Source: Bugula neritina (Eukaryota; Animalia; Bryozoa). Taken from it: a DNA stretch of 64,000 bases. A program made the position numbers and the translations under genes. Every line of letters starts with the position of its first letter. Position 1 is the stretch's first letter. Positions 41,254-64,000 of this stretch are shown piece after piece. The notes beneath the pieces were generated by a model. The model saw only the letters and a program-made list of their open reading frames with translations. It was not told the DNA's origin and did not search any database. The stretch lies in contig OZ037765.1 of NCBI GenBank assembly GCA_964035545.1, forward strand, positions 26,597,504 through 26,661,503, in the 5' to 3' direction.

Positions 41254-41733
41254 AGTTTCATATGATGCAGGACCACCTCATTTTCCAGTCAAATCATTGC
41301 CAAACCAGTTGAAATGTTTATAATACAACACATAATGTAGTGTAAATTAATTCATGATTTTTATCGTATTTACAGATCATTTTGTTTGTATAACTTTTAT
41401 CTTCCTAACAGTTATGATTAGCATAATGATTTTCAGCATTAATAAGGTTTTGTTAATATCAATTTTTCAATACTAAACTTTGCCAATATTTATCTTTTTA
41501 GTAGCAATGAATAAAACTGCAATGGCAAAAACTCCTAATAAATGGCACTTTAATTACGTAGTATACAGATACTGCTGAAATTCGCTTGATTTTGTTATGC
41601 ACATTGTGTTATGTTGGCATTTGGAAGTTTTACTGTATTTCAGTTTGAGTGTTGATGTATTGATACGAGTTGCTTGGCCTGGCAGCCAGGTAACTCCAGC
41701 TCTTGTGAATCTGTAGGGTAGCTGTCTGAAATT

Positions 41734-41876
41734 GTTCTATAAGCAGCTCTGAGTTGGGGGTGACTGAGTGCAGCAGTTTGGGTTCTCAAGTTTGGGGTTA
41801 TAAGGTCCCCAGCTTCAAAAATTGAGAATCCAAATTACTGTACTCATTAATTTACCCCTAACTTGGAGCTGCTTAT
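41734..41876 (+). repeat. Long imperfect hairpin element, copy 2
   Basis: ATAAGCAGCTCTGAGTTGGGGG..TGAGTGCAGCAGTTTGGGTTCTCAA pairs with TTGAGAATCCAAATTACTGTACTCA..CCCCTAACTTGGAGCTGCTTAT. Confidence 0.85.
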
Positions 41877-42755
41877 GTCACCATCCAGTTGTCCAATGGT
41901 ATTCCCTAGTCTAGGACCCTGGGGTGAGCACTAACTAGCACACCATAACACATTCTTAATTTATCCATTCGTTCACTGTCTCTCTTTTGGTGTATACACT
42001 TTCTGTGCTTAATTTCTTGTACACACTCTATTTTATTTCTCTATATACATTTTGTATTCTATTGCATTCATGCACACCTCTCTATCACACACATACCCTC
42101 TTATATCATTATAATATATAATTATGGTACCTGCTACACCAACGCTATACTTGGTATGGCTGTACTGTAGAGCTAAATTTACTTAAATTAGGGTTGTGCT
42201 CTCTCTGCATAGCGTGGTGATTACTATTGACAAATATAAAAATATTTCAAAACTACGATATAACAATATTGTACAAACAAAAAACACCAGAAGCAATAAA
42301 CCAGTTCTTTGTTTCAAGACCATTTTATTCGATAATTCTTGGGTAGCAAGGACTGCTGACTGCAAATAAAACTGTTGATAGAACCCTCTAATATTCTTGG
42401 CCCATGACTATATTTTGTAGATTATAAGCATGACTCTTGGAAATATGTCGATCAATAGTATTTATAGTATTTTATATGATTTTTACTGCGACTGGATTCG
42501 CTGTACCGAATGCTGCACAAATTCTTAGTATTTCATTCTGAGTGAATTTTGCTGATCTGTCGAGACTTTACAATGGCCCCCTCATTTTATTAATATATAA
42601 TTTGTAGGTTACACATCCGTTTATGGTATGTTTGGAGAAATACACCACAAAATTTTAACGACAACGTTATGATCGAACTTTTAGCGTTCAAATTCAACTC
42701 GCTCTATTTTTACTCATGTTGTACTCGAGCTCATAAGATTAATTGACTTATTTTC

Positions 42756-54117
<11,362 letters not shown>

Positions 54118-56112
54118 AAAAGTTGGTTAATTCTAGTATATTCTATAAATGTGCAAATGGTTTTAGTAAATCAGCAAGCTAGTAAGATGGGGCTGCTCAT
54201 CATTATGCTATATGTGATGATTTAAATATATATAAATATTTAAATATTATATATCTATATATATAATATATATCCAATTTATGTTTATTACAAATGAAGT
54301 CTTTTTCAGTTCAACTTGAGCACTTTCAATCAAGGCTCATTCTATCAGTTTGCTATAATTTCTTGTAATCTTTGGCATAAGACTAACAGTGGTTTACTGC
54401 TATTAAAATTGGAACTTTCTATTCTCATTATATTTAACTATTCAAAGACACCATATTTATGCTCCTTACTGTAAATACTTATAAGATCTTGTCCACTGTA
54501 TATAATTTCAAATATCTAGCATATAATCACTAAATGACTTATTTTAAGTATATCAATACACATATTATGCACTATTTTTAAATAAATGTATTATTTGTCA
54601 AAATTCATCACCTTGATCGACTCATCTTTGGTATTTATAACTCTCTATAGTCTTATCTTGTGTGAGTGTAAAGGCAAGTTCCCATAAGTTATGTTGAAAT
54701 TTCCTTTCTGCTATAGCTGAAATTATTGAAGGAACCACAGCTATTGAAGGAATCCTTTATAGCCAAGCTTACCCCAGGACTCTTAAATATTTTGTTGTCT
54801 TCTCTGCTTTTCATACACTTCAGCAAAAAGTTTTCTAGCCTCATGCTATTGAAAACTACACACTCGTCCAATGTGGTGCCCAATAATTATGAATTTAGCT
54901 CTGCAGACTCTGCTTGCAGTGTTTTATTATAATATTGCATGTACAGAGTTTCAAATCAATGACTTGGCATAATTCATCAGAGTTCAAATTAGTATGAACC
55001 TATTTGATAAACTATCCCTAATCTTGCTTATCTCACTTTGATTCTTGCTATACCATATATGAGCAATTTGACAAATCTGTGTGTATGCAGCTGCAGTTGT
55101 GCTAGCTAGCCACCATAAGGCTATATCTCAATTCCCCCCTAATCTTTTACAAAAATAAAGCACCTTATAAATTATAACTTTATAATACACTTGGAATATC
55201 AAAGCCACACCTTATATGAAATTTATAAGTAATTTAGAAAAAAGCTGAAAGTAGAGAACTTTATAAATAACTATCTCAAGTTGGAAGACTACTGAAATAA
55301 AAAGCATAACATTAAAAGCATGAATTTCACTGGAGATATCAACCCACTAGATTCTAGAAAATAAATCTACAAAAGCTTTCTTTATCATGTGCAACTTGTA
55401 GTATTTGTTGTCTACACTTGAATCGCCCAACGATAACTCTTCAGTATGTAGCTATTGGTTATTACAAAAGGTTAGAGTTCACGCTGGGTTATTTTAAGTT
55501 AAAATTAGAGTTATCTTTTTTATTAAAGGAGGTAACTCTATGGTCAAACGGATCGAAGGCGTGATCATAAGAAAATAAATTAGTTCCAATATCTTCATAC
55601 TTTTTCAATACAATATTACGAGGGTGTGTGTATCTCCTCATATAACCATGTCATTAGTTGCAGCTAAATATTATACTTAGGGCTTCTTAATACTGCCCGC
55701 CACTAAATCAAAATCGAAGGTATTTACTATTACTATTACTATATAAATCTGTTCACATTGTGATTGACCATTGAAATGGATAAGATATTTATTCCACATC
55801 AACGGTATTAACATGGTACTACTATTACTATTTCTACTTTGTTGATATCTGATAAATTAAATGACAACTCTATTGCTAATAGTTATACTTATAATATAAT
55901 AATAATAACTATAAGTATTAGTATAACTAATAACTATAAGTATAAGTATAACTATAAGTATTTGTAAAACGAATAAGTAATAACTCAACTCAAACTGAAA
56001 CTGCATGTTAATGTAAGATTAAGTCCAATGGCAATTGCCAATTGGGCATTGGCAATGGCAATACTAATACTATGCCAATAGTAATACTAATATTAATACA
56101 CTTGACTAATAC

Positions 56113-56156
56113 TAGTGCTACCTACACTTACAGTAGTCTACTGTAAGTGTAGGTAG

Positions 56157-56161
<5 letters not shown>
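56113..56161. repeat. Perfect palindrome, 24-bp arms with 1-nt spacer, abutting an (ACT)n microsatellite
   Basis: TAGTGCTACCTACACTTACAGTAG-T-CTACTGTAAGTGTAGGTAGCACTA; (ACT)n runs continue to ~56290. Confidence 0.95.
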
Positions 56162-56198
<37 letters not shown>

Positions 56199-57634
56199 GT
56201 CTACAGTACTAGAGTCTGTCTAGAGTACTACTAGTACTACTACTACTACTACTACTACTACTATTACTAGTACTACTGCTACTACTAACAGTAAATACTA
56301 AATCAGTAAATGTAATAATTATACTTATAGTTATAGTAATACTAGTAGTACTAGTAGTAGTAATAGTAATACTAACAGGTCTTGCTACTACTAAATAATC
56401 ACATAATACTAATAAGTAATTAGGCTACCGCTATGGTTATAAAATATATTAATATAATGTGTACTGTACAGCCATAAGCAAATTGACATTAATATTAACT
56501 TTAAATGGTAATCATCATTATATTTATAGTCACTAAAAGTTAGACTCAAATCTAATCACTGATGAGTAATGAGGCTCAATTTCATAGTTTAACTTCATGA
56601 TTATGTTATGTTTTACTTGCAGCATCAGTGAATATTAATATTGGCGATCATCCGACAAAGTCGCCTCAGAAGTTTTTCTCATTCAGCTTCTGGTTATTGG
56701 ACTTGAGCCTATGACTCTAACTGCCAAGTCACTATGACTGTGAGCTACTGCTATCAGGCTTAGCTAGTGAGCTATGAATCTGAGGAGTATCAGCTACTGC
56801 AAGGTTAAACTTATCTAAATTATAAAATGAAAAAAGTAAGTAGGTAAAGTCCTACATAAATATTTACTGATTCAGTTTTACTCTAACTTATAGGTTATAA
56901 GTGTGACTGTTGCATATTGATATTAGTAATACTATTACTGTATTAGTATTGTTATTACCATTAGACAAGTAGTGAAGGAATGGGCTAAGTAGAACTGTTA
57001 CTTCAATACTTGAGTTTATTCTTAGAATCACATTGTAAATTTTGTTTACGCTTGCTATTATCATTGATATAGTTATAATCAATATTATCGCTAGTGCATT
57101 TCAAATATCACCATTAAGAATTATAATGATAAAATCTAGGGCTAAATGATAGTCATAACCTTAAGCTAAGTCCATGGAAAAGCCAAAGGATATCTCATTA
57201 TTGTGATAATTTTGCAATTGTGAGTATCATGATAATAATAACAAGTCTATTAATTGTTGAGAGCTTGTATTAAATAACTGTTAAAATGTTTATTGAAGCT
57301 CTAAATTTGGTTGTAGTATGTACTTTAACACTGGTTGAATTTTTTCAAAGCACTGTATTTGTTCAAATACTAAAAAATTGAAGCTATTCATTGTTTTATG
57401 CTTTTCTATTTTAGACACACTCACACTAATGATCTAAATTCTGATCCTTATAATACTGGTGATTAATACAAGTTGTATGATGTTCAACCTACAAGACCTG
57501 AAGTAATTGACTAGATTCTATACTAAGGGTGAGGCAGAGTAACTGTCCCTAGACGCTGACAACACAAAAACTTTATCAAGACAGATATTATTCAAGTATA
57601 ATTTTAGTTCCTAATATAATTATTTCAAATCAAA

Positions 57635-60600
57635 ATGGCTTTTGCTGGAAAGTTTCCTAAAACAAGAAGACAGCATCAAGGGTCAAGCTGTTTTATTCCA
57701 AGATCAGCATCACAGGAATCTATAAATCACTGTGAAGATGCCAATAGAACTTCTGTAAATCAAAATGAGAGAGTGCCGTCAACTTCGGTAAGCAACACGT
57801 ATGTCAGCCGCGAGAATCACTCTGGATTCGGGTTGACTAGTGCTGGTGCTCCAACTACTCGTAACTTCTCTAAACTTGACTCTGGTGATGACATCAAGGC
57901 TGTACTAGTTAGTGTAGAACCAGTCTCCTTGGAGCAGTATAATCATTCAAAAGATGCAGGAGATGTTGGAGATGGTCAGAAACTGAAAGTAGCCAATGAC
58001 AGAGCGCAAGATTCAGTTGTCCCAGTCACACCGTCCAAAATTGAATTCTCCCGAGTAGATATATTTTTTATCTGTATATCTATAGTTTTATATGTAACTG
58101 ATATTGGGCTGGATTGCTCTGTTGCTTACAAACATTATCTTTTTTATGAACAGGAGCCCCTTTACTTCATATTCACTGTAGCATTTGTCCTAGTATCTGG
58201 GGTAGTGACCGCCGCATTCAATCTTGTGTGGTACTATGATGAATATCAAACAAAAAAGAAAACACCCCAAGATTTCCATTCGCGTAAAGGGGTGATATTG
58301 AGAGTCTTAGCTAATTTCCTTATGCTTGGACCTGTAGTGCGGTATATTGACACTATCCTATATGGGGTTAGAAGTCGTCAGAAAGGAATTTCTCCTGAAC
58401 GAAGGCAATATTTTCATGATCAGATGCAGTTTGAGCGTGTTGATGGGGCCATGCTCAGACTATTTGAAGCATTTCTAGAGTCTGCTCCCCAGTTTCTCTT
58501 GCAGGTGTACATTGTCCTAAGAAATGGATTAGATGGCGAGAAAGAGGGAAACTACTTTCTAGGTAACTTTTTTGCCTTGCAGACTTTATTTTTCGATTAG
58601 CACAGCCTATTAGTTTGATTTTGATTTTGTTGTTTGTTGCACAGTTCCTTATCATGCAACTTGCTAGGCTTTTCCAACGTTTTTAATTACACTTTAATGA
58701 ATTTCAGTGGCTGTTACCATTACATCGATAGCAAGTTCTATGATATCGCTGGCATGGAGTGTTGTCGCCTACCATAAGGCACTGCGAATGTCAAGACCAG
58801 ACTTGAAGAATATCGGACACATTGGACTAGCTTTTAGATTTACCTGGCGGCTGTTTGAAGTTTCTCCACGCATAATTATTTTTGCAATGTTCATGTTTGC
58901 ATATGGGGTTAGTATAGAATATGTAAGCTATATCAATCTAGATGTTATCTTTCTGTCAACGCTATTTAACACAACTTTAGTACTTTTCTATAACGTAAAT
59001 TAATTAAAATTACAGAGAAAATCTATTAATATTTGATATCTCAGAGACTCTAATCTATATTTACAAATATATGGTTCAAATCATTAAATTTGCAATAACA
59101 TTCTTATTTGCTAAACTCTAAGCTGGTAATAACTTTATTGATTTTTTATGGGAACATTGTCTATGTAAACAAACTAATACATGGCACTACTACGATGAAC
59201 TAGCAAATTAAGTTTTGCTACCATCAAATTATTTTTTTTAATTTCTGTGTTTTCACTACGCCATTAAACACAATAGACTACTCTGAATACACAGTGTGTA
59301 CAGTGTATTTTAGTACTATGTACTATGTTACTTGCAGTATTATATTGGCATATTTGTGGCTCTGCATTGGATTGTGATGACCGTCTGGCTAGCCAAGATG
59401 CAGACCAAGTTCTGTGAGAAACAGGGATGTGAGATGTTTTTTGTGGTCATAATGGCTCTCATCTGGAGCTTCTGCTTCTTCAATCTGAAGGTTGGTTTGC
59501 ATTTTATTCCCTGCAACTGTTACTCAATATAAATACAGTGCTCCCTCCATATCTCATGAAATTGCATAGGTCACGAGAAGGGCTTGGGCCCCGTGCTGTG
59601 GCTTATGTTTGTGTGTATGGGAGAAAGTGGCCGAATTTAACGGACCCGTGAGTTAAATCTCGTATTCTACTACGTCATGAATTAAGTTTTCGGGCTGCAG
59701 CTTTGTGAGATACAGAGGGAGCACTGTAATATGTTTTGAATGGTACTTATAACTTTATATTAAATGCTACTCACATACTAGCTGGAATATGCATGTAATT
59801 CCTGATAAGCATGCGAGTATGTAGGCGAGATAAGACTCAAACAGCTGACATGTTGACACTGTATCTCTATAACATGTCCGAACTTCAACTCAACACGCAC
59901 CTGTTATATGACTCATTGATAAGAAGCCTATGGTGGATCAAGCATCATTTCATACGTTAACTGCCATGTATTTGTTTCACTGTCAATTATTGCATACTGC
60001 TCTATGCTGTGTGTATTATAATCATAATACCCAAATACCACCTTATATATCGTGTTGCTGTATATATTTTATAACCATGTATACCCTTGTATATAATATA
60101 TAACTGCGTATTATATAGCCACATAACTGTGTATCATATAGCCACATAACTGAGTATCATATAGCCACATAACTGAGTATTATATATGTCTACATTTGTT
60201 GCTGCATGTTACTACACTGTGTTATAGGATGGCCGCACTAGGAAGACAATGCTCACTTACTATGTCATCTTCTACCTGGAGAATATCTTCCTCACTGTAA
60301 CATGGCATGTGAAGACAGCAGAGAGGGGCTACTGGTATCAATATATAATCATGGCTGTCGTACTCGGTGTGTATCTGTGGTTATTACCTTACTGTGCTAG
60401 TTGTGTGTATAATACTGACAGTGCGTTGAAACACTGTGTTCATGTCTGCTAGGCTCAGTGGATGTCTAATTTAGAGTTTAAATTCAATGCAACTGTTGAT
60501 AGTATTTCATGTTATATGTATCATATGCAAAGTACAGAGTTGCAAAATATTAACTGTGAACTTTTGTGTTGAATAGCATGTCTTATTATCACATCACTGT

Positions 60601-63600
60601 AGTGAAATACTCAACTCGTAGCATATTTGTTGATAATATTATTTCTACACGCTGTTGCGTCATCTTTACAGTAAAAACATAAAGCGCTCTTCGTTTAGCC
60701 TTTTGTTGTGAATTTATTAGCTCAATGAATTTCTTTTAATGTTACAGTGTTGTATAAAGTGTAGTGTTGTGTGAAGTGTAGTGTTGTATAAAGTGTTGTG
60801 ATGTATACAGTGTAGTGTTGTATACAGTGTAGTGTTGTATAAAGTGTAGTGTTGTATACAGTGTAGTGTTGTATACAGTGTAGTGTTGTATAAAGTGTAG
60901 TGTTGTATACAGTGTAGTGTTGTATACAGTGTAGTGTTGTATACAGTGTTGTATCTGTTGCGTGGGCTGATAGACTACACCTTTTATCACATTTTATATG
61001 CATGTGTTCAGGTTGCCCTAGCCATTGTTATTGTATCCTTACCCATAGTCATATATCATACAAAGCAACGTTAGGGAGAGTATTCAATCATAATTACTTT
61101 TTTGCCACAATAGAAAACAAGTCCTTAGCTGCTCTAAAATAAAGCTCTAGGGTTCTCACAGGAATAACTACTATAATAAACATAGCTCAAGTAGAAGTCA
61201 CAATGCAAACTAAACTTAGTAAGCTTATCTGTAATATCAGATATATGCAGTATTTTCATAATCAGTTATCTGCTATTTTGATTGTATACAATAGGTTAGA
61301 CAGTTTAAAACGTTTTTGTTATCTAATTCCAAACACATTACATACCATATTTATTTGTTATGAACACTATAATAGATTATACACATATCTGTTTAACTAT
61401 GTTAGCAGTATTGTAGTCTTTTAATGCTGCTCAAACATGTGTAGTGCCCTTGTGTGGGGAAAAGTTGCACTGAAGCTACTCTATTTTCCCAGCAAAGTAA
61501 TCTTACACTCAGTTTATCCTGCAGGTGCCATCGTACCAATGGTTATTTCCATACTAGTTTACTACAAGTTCCTACATGTTCAAACCATAAAGACGTGTCT
61601 CTCTCGTCACTACTGGACTTCCTGTTCGGAATCTGAGAATACACCATCTTCAAGGTATTGCGGCACACTTCTGATTCTGTGTACAAGTATCTTATTATGA
61701 CTAGAATATATGCATTGCTGTCATCATTGTGCACTGCTATATACTCACATTTGTTTGTCCTGTGGTACTATGAGTGACACTGCGTGGTGGTTCTGCTGTA
61801 GTGTTGAAGATAATGGCGGGTGAGTAAAGGTAGCTGATGCAGGTGATTGCCGGTTTGCTAGAGCTACTAATCTTCCTGCAACGAGATCTCACATACATCA
61901 ATCACTCACAAATTGATGCTCCGGGGTCTCCTCTGCTAGACGTGCCCGTGCTGTACACACTGTTTCCTGTAAATGTTTTAATTTATGCTGAGGACGTCTT
62001 TTATATGGCGTGTCAATGTTTGTGTACCCAACAACTACTAATGAGTATATTTTTTATGAATAGATATGGCAAACAAGAAGGAAGTGGCCCGGAGAGACAA
62101 TACCTGACAAACGGAAATGGAAACGAAGTTTTGTCTTCTCCTACATCCAACAATAAATTCGGTGAGCTGCTGTTTTTCATCAATCTCAGGGACAACTACT
62201 AGTTCATGGGTTGTTGGTATCTTTGTAACTTGTTGAATTTATTTTGGTTTTTTATTTTTCTTCATTTTGAATAATTTTCAATAGTGATGAAGTTATTCTG
62301 TTTTGGCACGAGTTGTGAGACTCCATTTGTTGCAGAGTAAGTTGTTTTTTATATATTGTCTTACCTTGCACCTTTAGTTTCTTATATTAATTAAAAAGAA
62401 AACAAATATATATAGAAGGACACTTCATTCCTAACATTTTCAAGCAAGACAGTTTCACTGTGTTTTAATTCTTCTACCAATAATGCTGTCAAATTTCAAA
62501 GTAATATTGTAAATAAATAAAGTCCATTACTTGTTTTCTCTTTTATTCTTATTGGAGGGAGTAGTCTAATGTTGAATTCTTGGCAAGAAATTTGTAGCAA
62601 ATGGCAAAGATTTTGTAACCTCAAGAATGTTATTTTATGTTTAACAAAGATTTTTTTTGCTGCATGCAGTAAATATACTATAATAACCCACTAATCAGTT
62701 CAGTTTACCTATTGGTGTATTCTCTTTTTGTAGCTAATCCAATCTCCTCCCCACCTGTAAACTGTAAAATAGACCTCATACTAAAACCTTCAGCATGCTT
62801 TTCATTGTCATGAATAATATAATAAAAGCAACTCCTAGGGAATGCATGATGATCCCTTTCATTCTGTCTTGTCAACCATTGTTGAGATTATTTTCAAACT
62901 TGTGCAACTGCTGCTATCATATAACATATTCAGCCTTCATCTTGTGTATTGTTATATTATTTAGCCTCAAGTTCATTTGAGCAAGAAACAGACGTTGATA
63001 ACAACTTGGAGAATGTACCAGATTCTAATCTACCACCCGACTCCAGTCTTCCACCTGACTCCAGCATGCCGCCCTATTTAGCCCCAATTCCCAGCACGTT
63101 AGATAGGTATGTACTTGACTACAGGGGGTTGTGTCACTAGCTCAGTATCCAGAAACTGTGTGTAGGGACAAATCATGTGATATGATACTTGGGGCAACAT
63201 ATTTACTGCTAACAAAATGGTTAATTGTGTTATAAACAGTAGTTATTCTGGCGAACATTTGCTGTTGTTGGTTGTTCCTGATAAATATCAAGCTGAATTA
63301 TTCAATTTTTGATCAGCAGGTTAACTTCTTATAATATTGTATATCAATCAGCCTTTCTCCTATTATTTATCTATTCACGGCTTCAAGTTTATATTTAATG
63401 TTTCAAAAATGTTATTGTAAATTGTATATTTCTTTTTGATGAAAAGTTCTTTTCTATGCCTTATAAAATGTCTGTATAAATAGTAGTATAAGTGCCAATA
63501 ATTATCTGCATTTCTAGGTCCAAGTCTAAAACTTCTGTACAGGAAATTCCAAGTCCAGCTGAAGAGAAATTATTGAGAAATGGTGATGCTGGGTCTAACA

Positions 63601-63834
63601 GCTATTTGGAGTCTACGGTTTCATCTAGCAACTCCAGCAGGCTCACTCGTCAGGATACCATACCGAAATATATAGCTCCTGTACCATGCAACTATGGTTT
63701 GTTATTCATGTGTGATTCAAATAAAAAAACTCGCACAAGTTTTTAGTCACTCTCCCTGTAAGACACCTTGATGGAAAGGTTTTTTTTTAAATCGGGCTAA
63801 GGGCTTATTCAGATGGGGCACGGGAGCAATTATG
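57635..63834 (+). CDS. XK-related protein (XKR4/6/7-like phospholipid scramblase family); final exon and stop uncertain
   Basis: Multi-TM protein with LYVTDIGLDCSVAY, LGPVVRY, DGAMLRLFEAFLESAPQFLLQVY, SLAWSVVAY, FCFFNLK-DGRTR, YYVIFYLEN, YYKFLH. Several possible last acceptors between 63760 and 63815. Confidence 0.88.
59536..59726. mobile_element. 191-bp MITE, Tc1/mariner/pogo type, in an XK intron
   Basis: TIR CAGTGCTCCCTCcaTATCTCA vs TGAGATAcaGAGGGAGCACTG, flanked by TA on both sides. Confidence 0.85.
60113..60184. repeat. 23-bp tandem repeat x3 (ATATAGCCACATAACTGWGTATC)
   Basis: Directly visible, ~45 nt upstream of an XK acceptor. Confidence 0.9.
60745..60955. repeat. 17-bp minisatellite (AGTGTAGTGTTGTATAM) x ~12
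   Basis: Tandem array in an XK intron. Confidence 0.93.
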
Positions 63835-64000
63835 ACTGGATACTCTTCCTGACATCACCAATGGCCTTTGTGCTTACTAGGCAAACGCTCTAACCCCTAG
63901 ACCAGCTGCTCATGTGTAGTTCAAATACTGCCCTTGAAGACTTAATAAGTGTATCCTTGGCAAAGGCTATATGTCAATCTCGTTCCAGTAGGCATACTGG

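Noticed and set aside
60722-61003. Repetitive minus-strand ORFs (QHYTVYNTTLY)
   Set aside because: Artefact of the 17-bp minisatellite.

Overview
AT-rich, intron-dense eukaryotic (invertebrate animal-like) genomic DNA; the species cannot be determined from sequence alone. Gene order: a long coiled-coil gene (minus, runs off the left edge) head-to-head with a strawberry notch-family SF2 helicase (plus); alpha-L-fucosidase copy A (minus); a truncated CCDC47 pseudogene (plus); alpha-L-fucosidase copy B (minus) head-to-head with intact CCDC47 (plus); IRE1/ERN1 (plus); an XK-related scramblase (plus, 3' end unresolved). The FUCA+5'-CCDC47 block is a tandem duplication. Non-genic features are two MITEs with TSDs, SINE remnants and minisatellites. 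Most interesting: (1) degenerate (ANT)n triplet-periodic tracts at the 5' end of almost every gene and not seen in downstream introns; (2) ~140-bp hairpins whose arm mismatches are mostly G.U-compatible on one strand; (3) three tandem duplications straddling splice sites, including four serial acceptors in the IRE1 kinase; (4) a C-terminal PCNA PIP box on the strawberry notch helicase; (5) UPRE and ATF4-type motifs in IRE1 introns; (6) several frame-preserving microexon candidates. Exon structures were read by eye and need RNA-seq confirmation.
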